Shown piece after piece: positions 44,345-53,833 of a stretch of DNA of 58,650 nt. Under the pieces are notes generated by a model, which worked only from the letters and a program-made list of their open reading frames with translations, searched no databases and was not told the origin of the DNA. A program made the translations under genes and the position numbers. Origin of the DNA: Acidobacteriota bacterium (GTDB lineage: Bacteria; Acidobacteriota; Vicinamibacteria; Vicinamibacterales; JACQTH01); contig JACOUA010000305.1 in assembly GCA_016178075.1 (NCBI GenBank), forward strand, positions 1-58,650, in the 5' to 3' direction. Numbering within the stretch: the stretch's first letter is position 1; the number at the start of each line of letters is the position of its first letter.

Positions 44345-47300
44345 ATGACAGCCGGTCGAGTCCTGGTTTCGACGTTGTCCTGTTTTCTGATCGCTCAAGG
44401 CGCCCTGGATGGCCCGGCGAAAGCCGGGCGCCACGACACACGTTTGGCAGACGCGCAGCCGAATACCAGCGCTCCGGGCGCGCTCGTACCCGTCTGCTGC
44501 GCGGAGATGCGCTATCGCATGATCGGCCCGCATCGTGGCGGACGAACGAAGGCAGCGGCCGGCGTTCCGAGTCAGCCCGGCGTGTTCTACATCGGGGCCA
44601 CGAACGGCGGAGTCTGGAAAACCACGGACTACGGACGGATTTGGACGCCGATCTTCGACAACCAGCCCACCGGATCGATTGGCGCGATCGCGGTCGCCCC
44701 GTCCGACCCCCACATCATTTATGTCGGCAGCGGCGAGGGCCTGCAGCGGCCGGACCTGTCGACCGGCAACGGCATCTACAAATCCACGGACGCGGGAAAG
44801 ACCTGGACGCATCTCGGTCTCCGCGACGGCCAGCAGATTCCCCAGATCGTCATCCATCCGAAAGATCCGAATCGACTCTGGGTTGCGGTGCTGGGCCACC
44901 CCTATGGACCGAACCCGGAGCGCGGTCTGTTCCGCTCTACCGACGGAGCCCGCACGTTTCAGAAGGTTCTCTACAAGGATGAAAACGTCGGAGCGGTCGA
45001 CGTCGTGCTCGACCCATCCAATCCGGACATCGTGTATGCCGTGCTATGGGAAGCGAGGCAGGGGCCGTGGGAAAACGGCGATTTTCGCGGTCCGGGCAGC
45101 GGTGTCTACAAGTCCACGGACGGCGGCACGACCTGGACACCTATTAATAAAGGATTGCCCACCTTCGAGGAGGACCGCCTCGGCCGCATTGGAATCACCG
45201 TCGCGCCGAGTCAGCCGAAATGCCTGTTTGCGACGGTCGAAGCCACGCGTAACGCCGGCCTGTACCGATCTGACGACGCGGGCGAAAGCTGGTCGCTCAT
45301 CAACGGCGATCCGCGCGTGACGAACCGTGCCTCGGACTTCGCCGAGGTGAAAGTCCACCCGAAGAATCCCGACATCGTCTTCACTGGGAGCATCGTCACC
45401 TGGAAATCGACCGACGGCGGCAAGATCTTCAACGCGCTGCGCGGCGCGCCGGGCGGCGACGACTATCACCGGCTCTGGATCGATCCGAACAACCCGGACG
45501 TCATCCTGATCGCATCCGATCAGGGCGCCATCATTACAGTGAACGGCGGTCAGTCGTGGAGCTCCTGGTACAACCAGCCGACCGCGCAGATGTATCACGT
45601 GACGACCGACAACGCGTTCCCGTACCGCGTCTGCAGCGGACAGCAGGAGAGCGGATCGGTCTGCATTCAGAGCCGTGGAGACGATGGTCGGATCACGTTC
45701 CGGGAGTGGCATCCGGTGGCGGTCGAAGAGTATGGCTACGTCGCCCCCGACCCGCTCGATCCCGACATCGTCTATGGCGGAAAAGTGAGCCGCTACGATC
45801 GGCGGACGGGTCAGCATCAGAACGTCGCTCCCGTGCCGATCGGCCGCGCGGATTACCGCGTGATCCGGACGATGCCGATTCTGTTCTCGCCGATCGATCC
45901 GAAGACGCTGTACTTTGCGTCGAACACGCTCTGGAAGACCACGACCGGTGGGCAGAGCTGGACGCAAATCAGTCCCGACCTGACTCGGGAGACCTGGGAA
46001 GTGCCGGCGAACGTCGGGAAGTACCGCGACACGCCGGAAGCGCGGCCGACGCGGCGCGGCGTCATCTATACGATCGCGCCGTCGCACGTCGACATCAACA
46101 CGATTTGGGTCGGGACCGACGACGGATTGATTCATGTCACCAGGGACGGCGGAAAGACGTGGAGCAACGTCACGCCACCCGATCTCAAGCCGTGGGCCAA
46201 GGTCTCGATCATGGACGCGTCGCATTCCGATGCCGGCACCGCCTATGCCGCTGTGAATACGTTCCGGCTCGACGATCTGCGCCCGCACATCTATCGGACA
46301 CGCGATGGTGGAAAGACGTGGACGCACATCGCCACCGGCATCCCGGATGGCGGCACGGTCAACGTCGTGCGCGAAGATCCGAAGCGGCACGGCCTGTTAT
46401 TTGCCGGCACCGAACAAAACGTGTACGTGTCGTTCGACGACGGCGAGCGCTGGGAGTCACTGCGGTTGAACATGCCGGCGATCTCGATTCGCGATCTGGT
46501 CATCAAAGACGACGACCTCGTGCTCGGCACGCACGGGCGATCGTTCTGGATCCTGGACGACATCACGCCGCTTCGCCAGGTCGACGCAAAGACGGCCACC
46601 ACCGACGTCGTGCTGTTCAAACCGCAAGACGCCTGGCGTTACCGGTGGAGCACCTACACCGACACGCCGCTGCCGCCCGACGAGCCCGCGGGAGAGAACC
46701 CGCCGGACGGCGCGATCATCGATTACCGCCTGCGTTCGGCCTCATCTGCACCGGTCACGATCGAGATTCTCGACGGCGGCGGCAAGCTTGTTCGCCGCTA
46801 CTCGAGCGAGGATCCGGTCGAGCCAATTGCGGACGAAGGCAATGTCCCGCGCTACTGGATCCGGCCGACGCGCGTGCCCTCGAAAGCTGCCGGCATGCAT
46901 CGCTTTGTTTGGGACCTGCACTACCCACCGCCAAAGGCGTTTACGTTCTCCTTCCCGATTTCTGCGACTCCGCGCGACACCTGGCGCGAGCCGCGCGGTC
47001 CGTGGGCCATGCCTGGGACCTACACCGTGAAGCTGACGGTCGGAAGCGTCACGCTGACGCAGCCGCTCGTTGTGAAGATGGATCCGCGCGTGAAGACGCC
47101 GGCTGCTGGTCTCGCGCAGCAATTCACGCTGTCGACGCGTCTGTACGACGCCATCGGCAAGGTCTACGACGCAATTCAGAAGCAGCCGGGCCCTTCGACT
47201 TCGCTCAGGGCAGGCGGCGCGGCGCCAGGTGGGCGGGGTGGCGGACGCGGCGGGCGCGGCGGCGGCGGCGATTCGCTGCGCACCCTGCACGCGCAGCTCC

Positions 47301-47398
47301 TGCAGATCTACGGCGTCATCCAGACGTGCGATTGCGAGCCGACGACGCAGGCGGTCGCGGCCACGGAGGATCTACTCAAACAAGCGGCAGAAATATAG
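44345..47398 (+). CDS. secreted VPS10/sortilin-type BNR repeat glycosyl-hydrolase-like protein (paralogue of 4474..7752)
   Basis: Asp-boxes TTDYGRIW, STDAGKTW, STDGGTTW, SDDAGESW, STDGGKIF, TRDGGKTW (x2). GAGG RBS 6 nt before ATG 44345 (track start GTG 44339). C-terminal RGG tract. Confidence 0.85.
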   Translation: MTAGRVLVSTLSCFLIAQGALDGPAKAGRHDTRLADAQPNTSAPGALVPVCCAEMRYRMIGPHRGGRTKAAAGVPSQPGVFYIGATNGGVWKTTDYGRIWTPIFDNQPTGSIGAIAVAPSDPHIIYVGSGEGLQRPDLSTGNGIYKSTDAGKTWTHLGLRDGQQIPQIVIHPKDPNRLWVAVLGHPYGPNPERGLFRSTDGARTFQKVLYKDENVGAVDVVLDPSNPDIVYAVLWEARQGPWENGDFRGPGSGVYKSTDGGTTWTPINKGLPTFEEDRLGRIGITVAPSQPKCLFATVEATRNAGLYRSDDAGESWSLINGDPRVTNRASDFAEVKVHPKNPDIVFTGSIVTWKSTDGGKIFNALRGAPGGDDYHRLWIDPNNPDVILIASDQGAIITVNGGQSWSSWYNQPTAQMYHVTTDNAFPYRVCSGQQESGSVCIQSRGDDGRITFREWHPVAVEEYGYVAPDPLDPDIVYGGKVSRYDRRTGQHQNVAPVPIGRADYRVIRTMPILFSPIDPKTLYFASNTLWKTTTGGQSWTQISPDLTRETWEVPANVGKYRDTPEARPTRRGVIYTIAPSHVDINTIWVGTDDGLIHVTRDGGKTWSNVTPPDLKPWAKVSIMDASHSDAGTAYAAVNTFRLDDLRPHIYRTRDGGKTWTHIATGIPDGGTVNVVREDPKRHGLLFAGTEQNVYVSFDDGERWESLRLNMPAISIRDLVIKDDDLVLGTHGRSFWILDDITPLRQVDAKTATTDVVLFKPQDAWRYRWSTYTDTPLPPDEPAGENPPDGAIIDYRLRSASSAPVTIEILDGGGKLVRRYSSEDPVEPIADEGNVPRYWIRPTRVPSKAAGMHRFVWDLHYPPPKAFTFSFPISATPRDTWREPRGPWAMPGTYTVKLTVGSVTLTQPLVVKMDPRVKTPAAGLAQQFTLSTRLYDAIGKVYDAIQKQPGPSTSLRAGGAAPGGRGGGRGGRGGGGDSLRTLHAQLLQIYGVIQTCDCEPTTQAVAATEDLLKQAAEI

Positions 47399-47437
47399 GT
47401 GTGGAACGTCGCGGGCGGAAGCCTGCTTCGCAAAGAA

Positions 47438-50400
47438 TCAGAAGTAGAGCTTCGCACCGAGCTGGAACGTACGGTTCTCACCCGCGGTGGTGCTGATGCT
47501 CCCGAAACGGCGGTCGTCCACCGCCGCGACCGGCAGACCGAAGCGAGGCCGGTTGAACAAATTGAAGGCCTCGATCCGCAGCTCCAGATCGATCGTTCGG
47601 GCTGCGGGGAACTTCCGCGCGAGCATCGCGTCGAAGTTCACGAGCGCCGGCGCGCGCAGGGCGTTGCGCGGCGAGTTGCCGAAGGTGAACAGCGGCGGCG
47701 CCACGAAGCAGCTCGTGTCGAACCAGCGATCGATCGTGCGCGCCCCCGCCGGCAGCGTCCCATCGCACACGCGGTTGGCCCTGAGCCGCCCGCCAAGCGA
47801 CTGCGTGGTGTTGGCCTCGACGTGGACGCCGAACGGCAGGCCGCTTCGGGCGATCAAAATGCCGCTCGTCTGCCACCCGCCCAGAATCGCGGCTATCGGT
47901 CCTCCGCGCGTCAACCAGCGCCGATTCGATCCGAACGGAAGATCGTAGCTGTAGCTCAGCGTCAGGCGGTGCGTCTGGCTGTCGGCGCTGATCGACCGCT
48001 CGCCCTTCTGGTCGTAGGCGTTCTGACGCCGGAAGGCGCCGGCGCTGCCCGTGTTGGGATTGTCCCCCGGGAAGAGCCCCGACCCGTCGTCGATCGACTG
48101 CGAAAGCGTGTACGCCAGCAGGAAGGCGAGGCCCGCTGCCGTCCGTTTCTCCACCTTGACTTGAAGCGCGTGATAGATCGAGGAGGAGTTGAACGTGTTG
48201 AGCGCGATGTTGTTGAACTCGGGGAAGGGGCGGCGCTGCTGCGGCGTCTTGCCTCCGAAGGCCTCCGGCGGACCGAGCAGCTCCGGGGGGATTTGATTCA
48301 GGTTGGTGCCGGGGGCATACAGGTTCGTGCCTTTGCTGCCCGCGTAGGCGATTTCGGCCGAGAGGCCCCGCCTCAACTCGCGTTCGACGGCCACGTTCCA
48401 GGTCTGCATGCGCGGCGTGGCTGAATTCGGGTTGAACCACACAATTTCGCCGGCCGTGCGCCCGGTGGTGTCGAAGTCGGAGGCGCCGCCGGGAAACCGG
48501 CTCAGCACGAAGAGCGGGTCGCCAAGCCGCGCGGCGGGCGGCACTGAAAAACTGCGTGCCCATGGAAAGGCGGCTTCGAGCGGCGTCCCGGGGTTGCTGG
48601 CGGTCGCCGGCGTCGCGTAGGAGACGCCGTAAGCGGCGCGCAGCACCATGCGGGTGTTCGGACTGAAGGCAAGCCCGATTCGAGGGCCGAGATTGTTCCA
48701 GTCGGTCTTGTAGAAATACCGCGGCGCGAGGTTGACTCCCGCCCGCATCAACGTCTCGGCGCCCGGCGCGAATCGGGCGCAGTGGACCTCGGCCGACGTG
48801 CCCCGCATCAGCGGCGACTGCTCGGCGCAGGGCGCCTGCGGGTTGAACGACGAGATCCGGTTCTCGCGCTCCGTGAAGTGGAAACCCGGCTCCCAGCGCA
48901 CCCCGGCATTGATCGTCAGGCGCGGGCTGACTTTGAAGTCGTCCTGAACGTACACATCGAAGGTCGGGACAGAGAGCACGGAACGCAGTCCGGGGAGAAA
49001 CTGGAAGCCGCTTCCCAGCCCGAGCAGGAAACTTCCGAACGCGTCGCCGCCGCTCGTCCGGCCGCCCGCAAGGTTGGCGGTCTGGGTCGCGGTGAAGCTG
49101 AACTCACCCGATGCGTTCGTGGGACTGTACGGCCGGTAGGTGCTCTGACGGAAGTCGAAGCCGCCCTTGATCAAATGCCGGCCTCGGATCGCGATGAAAT
49201 TGTCGACGATCTGAATAGACGACGCGAGCGACGAGTTGGGCCTGCTGCGGTCGGTGCCAATCGACGTGAGGCCCGTGATGTTGATGCGCGGGAAGACGTC
49301 CGGCGGCACGTTGGGGACGCCGAGCTTGTTCGGGAAGTCCATCCCGTCGGTCGGCGCTTCGGTCGCGCTTTTGATCCAATTGAATCCGAAGCGGACCTCG
49401 TTGATGGCGCCCGCTCCGAAGGTGTGGCTGTAGCTCACGACGCCGTTCTGCTGGCGTCCGGTGGAGCTGTAGTTGGCCGGGTTCCCGAGTGTCGGGAACG
49501 TCGGCGAGGGGTCGGAGTCGCTGTCGTTCAGCGAGTAGCGCAGCATCAGTCGATCGGTCGCCGCCAGCGCGTGATCGATACGGATGTCGCCCTGATCGCC
49601 CCGCGCCCGACCCGGTCCGCTCAAGACGTAATTGTTCGTGCGACCCGGAAGGTTGGGCAGCGGGTAGTACTCCAGGATCTTCACTGCCGCGAGATCCATC
49701 CGATTGCCGGGGATCGCGTTGACCGGGAACGGCACGCGAGAGCCGTCAGCCACGGTCGTGAGCGGATCGAAGATGATGCCGAGCCCCGAGAGATCACCGC
49801 GCCGCATGGCATCGGTCGGCACCGTGGAGACGCGTGTCGAGGCGGTGCGGGTCCGCGTGCCCTGCCAGTCCGAGAAGAAAAACGTCCTATCCTTTCGAAT
49901 CGGCCCACCGACGGCGAAGCCGAACTGGTTGAAGCGAAGCACCGGCTTCGGGTCTTCCTTGCGCGCGAAGAAGTTGCGGGCGTTGAACGCGTCGTTGCGA
50001 TGGAATTCGAACCCCGTCCCGCGGAAGTCGTTGGTGCCCGATTTGATGGTGGCGACAATCACGCCGCCACCGGTCCGGCCGAACTCGGCGGAGAAACTGT
50101 TGGTCAGGATCTTGAACTCCTGCAGCGCGTCGATCATCGGCGTGTAGCCGACATTGCCGTTACCGACGTTGACCGCTGTCACGCCGTCGAGCTGGATTTC
50201 ATTGAGGCGGTTGCGCCCGCCGCCAATGCGTGAGGAGGCGCCCTGGGCGCTCGCGCTCCCGTCGGTGACGCCGGGAACAAGACTGACAAGGCTGAATGCC
50301 CCGCGGCCCGACAGGGGCATGCTCACGATGCTGCGATTGTCGATGACCTGTCCGAGCGAGCTCGATTCGGTCTGAAGGAGAGGCGCATCGGCCCGAACCT

Positions 50401-50770
50401 CGACGGTGTCGGTCACGCCGCCCGTTTCGAGCGCGACGTCGACCCGGGCGCGCTGGTCGATCTGCAGCGTGATCCCCGTCCGCACGAAGCGCTTGAACCC
50501 GAGGGCGTTGACTTCGAGACTGTAGGTCCCCGGCTGGAGATTCGGGACGACATAGGTTCCGGAGTGATCCGTACGGACCGCCTCGGACCGGTTGGTCCCG
50601 AGATTCGTCACGACGACGTCCGCCCCGCCAATCGCGCCCTGGGTCGCGTCGGTCACGGTCCCCACGATGCTGCCGGTGAAGCCCGCCTGCGCCGCAGAGG
50701 GGTCAGGGGCTGCCAGACTCGCGAGACCCACAGCCGCCACACACCCCAGGAGTCGTCGTCGTTGCCGCAT
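47438..50770 (-). CDS. TonB-dependent receptor with N-terminal carboxypeptidase-regulatory-like domain (Oar-like)
   Basis: 1110 aa. Signal peptide, GSIVGTVTDATQGAIGGADVVVTN..GTYVVPNLQPGTYSL, plug and barrel, terminal ..FQLGAKLYF aromatic residue. GAGGAGG RBS. Confidence 0.9.
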   Translation of the reverse strand: MRQRRRLLGCVAAVGLASLAAPDPSAAQAGFTGSIVGTVTDATQGAIGGADVVVTNLGTNRSEAVRTDHSGTYVVPNLQPGTYSLEVNALGFKRFVRTGITLQIDQRARVDVALETGGVTDTVEVRADAPLLQTESSSLGQVIDNRSIVSMPLSGRGAFSLVSLVPGVTDGSASAQGASSRIGGGRNRLNEIQLDGVTAVNVGNGNVGYTPMIDALQEFKILTNSFSAEFGRTGGGVIVATIKSGTNDFRGTGFEFHRNDAFNARNFFARKEDPKPVLRFNQFGFAVGGPIRKDRTFFFSDWQGTRTRTASTRVSTVPTDAMRRGDLSGLGIIFDPLTTVADGSRVPFPVNAIPGNRMDLAAVKILEYYPLPNLPGRTNNYVLSGPGRARGDQGDIRIDHALAATDRLMLRYSLNDSDSDPSPTFPTLGNPANYSSTGRQQNGVVSYSHTFGAGAINEVRFGFNWIKSATEAPTDGMDFPNKLGVPNVPPDVFPRINITGLTSIGTDRSRPNSSLASSIQIVDNFIAIRGRHLIKGGFDFRQSTYRPYSPTNASGEFSFTATQTANLAGGRTSGGDAFGSFLLGLGSGFQFLPGLRSVLSVPTFDVYVQDDFKVSPRLTINAGVRWEPGFHFTERENRISSFNPQAPCAEQSPLMRGTSAEVHCARFAPGAETLMRAGVNLAPRYFYKTDWNNLGPRIGLAFSPNTRMVLRAAYGVSYATPATASNPGTPLEAAFPWARSFSVPPAARLGDPLFVLSRFPGGASDFDTTGRTAGEIVWFNPNSATPRMQTWNVAVERELRRGLSAEIAYAGSKGTNLYAPGTNLNQIPPELLGPPEAFGGKTPQQRRPFPEFNNIALNTFNSSSIYHALQVKVEKRTAAGLAFLLAYTLSQSIDDGSGLFPGDNPNTGSAGAFRRQNAYDQKGERSISADSQTHRLTLSYSYDLPFGSNRRWLTRGGPIAAILGGWQTSGILIARSGLPFGVHVEANTTQSLGGRLRANRVCDGTLPAGARTIDRWFDTSCFVAPPLFTFGNSPRNALRAPALVNFDAMLARKFPAARTIDLELRIEAFNLFNRPRFGLPVAAVDDRRFGSISTTAGENRTFQLGAKLYF

Positions 50771-50820
50771 GTGACCTCCTCTTGACGGACGATTACACGA
50801 TCATGACCGGCCTTCTTCGT

Positions 50821-50905
50821 TATCGCTCCTGCCCGAACGTAGTTCGACAGCTTCGACCCGGTGCCATGATACTCCTCGTTGAACTGCAGGAGCGCCGTCC
50901 GCTGC
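50821..50905 (-). pseudogene. remnant of an S9 peptidase 3' end (duplicate of 51437..51503)
   Basis: The reverse strand reads RTALLQFNEEYHGTGSKLSNYVR, against AALLQFNEEYHGTGSKPSNYVR in the intact gene. About 90% nt identity over ~67 nt by manual alignment. No start codon and no upstream coding sequence. Confidence 0.55.
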
Positions 50906-50977
50906 TGTCCGGCTGCTTGACACCTTCACCGCGACGATGGCATCGTCGTCGTCGAGGTCGGGAAAGGCGAAGATGAG

Positions 50978-51298
50978 ATGCAGGCGAGCGATGTGCCGCA
51001 AGCGCTTCGGCACACACTTGGAGACGCAGCGACACTCGAACTACTCGAGCTCTTCGACACGGCGCGCGAGGAGAACAGGAACGACGTGCTGACTGCGGCA
51101 ACCGACCGCTTCGAACGACGGCTGACTGAAGAATGTGGAAAGATCCGGCTGGAGATTGCCGGATTGCGCCACGACATGACTCAGGGGTTCGGGACGCTTC
51201 GTGTCGAGCTGCTCAAATGGTCGTTCCTGTTCTGGATCGGGCAAGTGGCGGCCATCACGGCAATCATGACCGCCATCCTTCGTGGCTTCCGGCTGTAG
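50978..51298 (+). CDS. hypothetical coiled-coil protein with C-terminal TM anchor (DUF1640-like architecture)
   Basis: 106 aa. Helical heptad-like middle region (RFERRLTEECGKIRLEIAGLRHDM) and C-terminal LKWSFLFWIGQVAAITAIMTAIL. The family name is tentative. Confidence 0.5.
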   Translation: MQASDVPQALRHTLGDAATLELLELFDTAREENRNDVLTAATDRFERRLTEECGKIRLEIAGLRHDMTQGFGTLRVELLKWSFLFWIGQVAAITAIMTAILRGFRL

Positions 51299-51322
51299 GG
51301 CGGGCCTTGTCAGGCCCGTCCC
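51298..51322. terminator. GC-rich hairpin between convergent genes (candidate bidirectional terminator)
   Basis: GGGCGGGCC-TTGTCA-GGCCCGTCC: 9-bp stem with one G-T pair. It sits between the 106-aa ORF stop (51298) and the S9 peptidase stop (51347). There is no clear U-tract. Confidence 0.4.
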
Positions 51323-51346
51323 CACTCGAACCTCACGAGGTGCGTC

Positions 51347-53473
51347 CTACTCCTGCCCCGGAGGCGCCGTCGTTGTGATCTTCCCACCCGCGGGCCGCGT
51401 GTACTTCTTGAACCAGCTCATCATGTAGAGCTGTGTCCGGACGTAGTTCGACGGCTTCGAGCCGGTGCCGTGGTACTCCTCGTTGAACTGCAGGAGCGCC
51501 GCCGGAACACCGCGCATCTTCAGCGCCGCGTAGTACTCTTCGGTCTGTGGCATCGGCGTCCGCCGATCCAGCACGCCCGTCATCAGCAGTGTCGGCGTGG
51601 TGACCTTCCCCACCGACATCAGCGATGAGTGCGAGAGCCACTCCTGGGGATCCTCCCAGAACGGCTTGCGGAAGAAGCTGTACGTGAAGAGCGGGATATC
51701 GGTGTGACCAGCGAAGCTGAGCCAGTCGATCACCGGGCATCGAACCGCGGCCGCCGCGAAGCGATCGGTGTGGCCGATCACCCAGCTCGACAGCACACCT
51801 CCCCCACTGCAGCCGGAGACGTACATCTTCGTCGTGTCGATGAAGCCTTTGGCCACGATCGTGTCGACACCCGCCATCAAGTCGTCGTAGTCTGGCCCCG
51901 GGTAGTTGTGATCGATCCCGTTCGAGAAGTCGCTGCCGTAGCCGGTGCTGCCGCGCGGATTGGCATAGAGCACGACGAAGTCGTTCGCCGCGAAGTTCTG
52001 GAACATGTAGTTGAACGCGATGCTGTACATCGAGAATGGGCCGCCGTGGATTTCGAGAATGAGGGGGTACTTCTTCGACGCGTCGAACGATGGCGGCCTG
52101 ATAATCCATCCCTGCACTTTCGTGTTCCCGGTCGACTGATACCAGATCTCCTCGGCCTTCGCGACCTGCTTGCCGGCGAGCACGTCACCGTTGACGTCAG
52201 TCAGCTTCGCGATCTGGGTGGGCCTGCCCTGAGCGGAGTCGAAGGGCTGGCGCAGGCTGTAGCGGACGACATCCTGCGGGTGCTCGGAATTGGTCTCGGT
52301 GCCGGCGGCGACGAGATCTCGGGACATCGAATCGAACGTCAGGATGTGGGTGCCGGTCGTCACCGGCTTCACGCCACCGGCGGTCGCTGAGACGAAGTAG
52401 ACGTTCTCGGATCCGCGGTCCTGTGAAGCGAAATAGACACCGCTGCCATCCGGCGCCCACCGCACGTTGGCCGGATCGCGATCGAAGTCACCGCTGATCT
52501 TCCGCATGTTGTCCCCGGCAATCGAGACCACGTAGAGGTCGCTGACCGTGTGGGTGCGGCCGGATGGCGGGTAGCCGGTCAACGCCACGGATCTCCCGTC
52601 GGGCGAAACGGACGGCCGTCCCCAGGAGCCTGGCTTCGAGACGAGATCGCGAATCGTGCTCGTCGCCACGTCGACGATGTAGATCTGCGCTGATTGGTAC
52701 TTCAAATCGGCATTCGGATCTCGCAGGCCGTCGAAGACAATCGACTTGCTGTCGGGCGTCCAGTCAATCGCCGCCGCCGTGCGCAGCTCGCCAGGACCGA
52801 CGTTCCACTTGCCGCTCGTCAGTGGTCGTGGCGTCCCGCCGTCGGCCGGAACAACGAACAGATGCGTGTACCCATCCTCGAGGAAGCCCACCTGGTCCTG
52901 CCGATAATGCAGCGACTCGACGAAGCGCGGCGCGGGCGTCCACTTCGCGCCCTTCGGCTCCGGTGGCATCGAGATGGGCAGGGTGTTCCTCTCCGGCACG
53001 AACATCGAGAAGGCGATCGATTTCCCGTCAGGGGCCCAGCGCGGGCCGCGCGGCGTCTCGGTGACGTGCGTGATCTGCGTGGCTGGTCCATCTACGTCGA
53101 CCCAGCGAACGAAGATCTGAGACCCCTTCGGCTCGCCTTCCGCGAGATACAGCAGCCGCTTGCCGTCCGGCGACCAGCGCGGGCCGGATCCCTTGATGAG
53201 GAGCCGATGCTGCGACCCGTCCGCGTTCAGAATCCAGAGCTCGGACTCCCACTTGTCTTCCAGCGTGTTCACGTGCTGGCGCGTGTAGACGATACGGGAG
53301 CCGTCCGGCGAGATTTGGGCGTCGCTGACGCGCTCCCAATCGAGGTAGTGCTCAGTTGTCAGGCGCGACGACGAGCGGGATTCCTGAGCGCGCACCGGCG
53401 ACTGGGCGAGGAGCCCAATCGCCAAGATGACCGCCACCAACAGACCGACGACGAGCGGGTGACGCAGTCTCAT
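51347..53473 (-). CDS. S9 family serine peptidase (prolyl oligopeptidase/acylaminoacyl-peptidase type) with N-terminal beta-propeller
   Basis: Signal peptide, TolB-like propeller repeats (SPDGSRIVY, SPDGKRLLY, APDGKSIAF, SPDGRSVAL, APDGSGVYF), nucleophile elbow GCSGGG, C-terminal EEYHG. Confidence 0.9.
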   Translation of the reverse strand: MRLRHPLVVGLLVAVILAIGLLAQSPVRAQESRSSSRLTTEHYLDWERVSDAQISPDGSRIVYTRQHVNTLEDKWESELWILNADGSQHRLLIKGSGPRWSPDGKRLLYLAEGEPKGSQIFVRWVDVDGPATQITHVTETPRGPRWAPDGKSIAFSMFVPERNTLPISMPPEPKGAKWTPAPRFVESLHYRQDQVGFLEDGYTHLFVVPADGGTPRPLTSGKWNVGPGELRTAAAIDWTPDSKSIVFDGLRDPNADLKYQSAQIYIVDVATSTIRDLVSKPGSWGRPSVSPDGRSVALTGYPPSGRTHTVSDLYVVSIAGDNMRKISGDFDRDPANVRWAPDGSGVYFASQDRGSENVYFVSATAGGVKPVTTGTHILTFDSMSRDLVAAGTETNSEHPQDVVRYSLRQPFDSAQGRPTQIAKLTDVNGDVLAGKQVAKAEEIWYQSTGNTKVQGWIIRPPSFDASKKYPLILEIHGGPFSMYSIAFNYMFQNFAANDFVVLYANPRGSTGYGSDFSNGIDHNYPGPDYDDLMAGVDTIVAKGFIDTTKMYVSGCSGGGVLSSWVIGHTDRFAAAAVRCPVIDWLSFAGHTDIPLFTYSFFRKPFWEDPQEWLSHSSLMSVGKVTTPTLLMTGVLDRRTPMPQTEEYYAALKMRGVPAALLQFNEEYHGTGSKPSNYVRTQLYMMSWFKKYTRPAGGKITTTAPPGQE

Positions 53474-53774
53474 CGGACACCTCTCTTAGTTTGCCGTGGG
53501 GCTGCTCGCTCCGGCGAGCCCCCACCCCCACGGCCTGCCGTCGCTTACGCTCCGGATCTTGATTGCCACGCCTGTTGTTAAACTTGAAACGCCGTGGGGC
53601 TGCTCGCTCCGGCGAGCCCCCACCCCCACGGCCTGGCACGGCTCGCTTACGCTCGCCGCGCTGGTTTGCCACACCGATCCGCTCAGTGTGCGACTTCGCG
53701 GGGCCCCACCCCACGACCTGCCGTCGCTTATGCTCCAGATCTTGATCGCCACGCCTGTCGTCCAACTTGAACAC
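53474..53774 (-). repeat. three tandem leader-element units upstream of the S9 peptidase start
   Basis: Unit starts are at about 53493, 53591 and 53698 (periods 98 and 107 nt). Units 1 and 2 share an identical 42-nt hairpin, GCCGTGGGG..CCCCACGGC. Unit 3 is degenerate. Unit 1 ends ..AAACTAAGAGAGGTGTCCG-ATG(53473). Confidence 0.85.
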
Positions 53775-53833
53775 AAGGATCCCCTTCTTGCGGGGCGGCG
53801 TGAGTGCGCCGACATTATATAATCCCGGGCCAA

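Noticed and set aside
53545-53575. Sigma-54 promoter-like TGGCA in the conserved core (GGCGTGGCAATCAAGATCC on the sense strand)
   Set aside because: The -12 element is missing (ATCC where TTGC is expected at the correct spacing). The match is limited to TGGCA, which is common in GC-rich DNA.
53487-53774. Possible CRISPR array (three ~100-nt periodic units)
   Set aside because: The whole unit is repeated and there are no unique spacers. The period is too long and irregular (98 and 107 nt), there are only three units, no cas genes are present, and the same element occurs singly upstream of other genes.
53352-53822. 140-aa (minus) and 108-aa (plus) ORFs across the tandem repeat units
   Set aside because: Their internally repetitive products (..GVAIKIRSVSDGRPWGWG.. 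/ ..PHPHGLPSLTLRILIATPVV..) arise only from reading through the three leader-element units.
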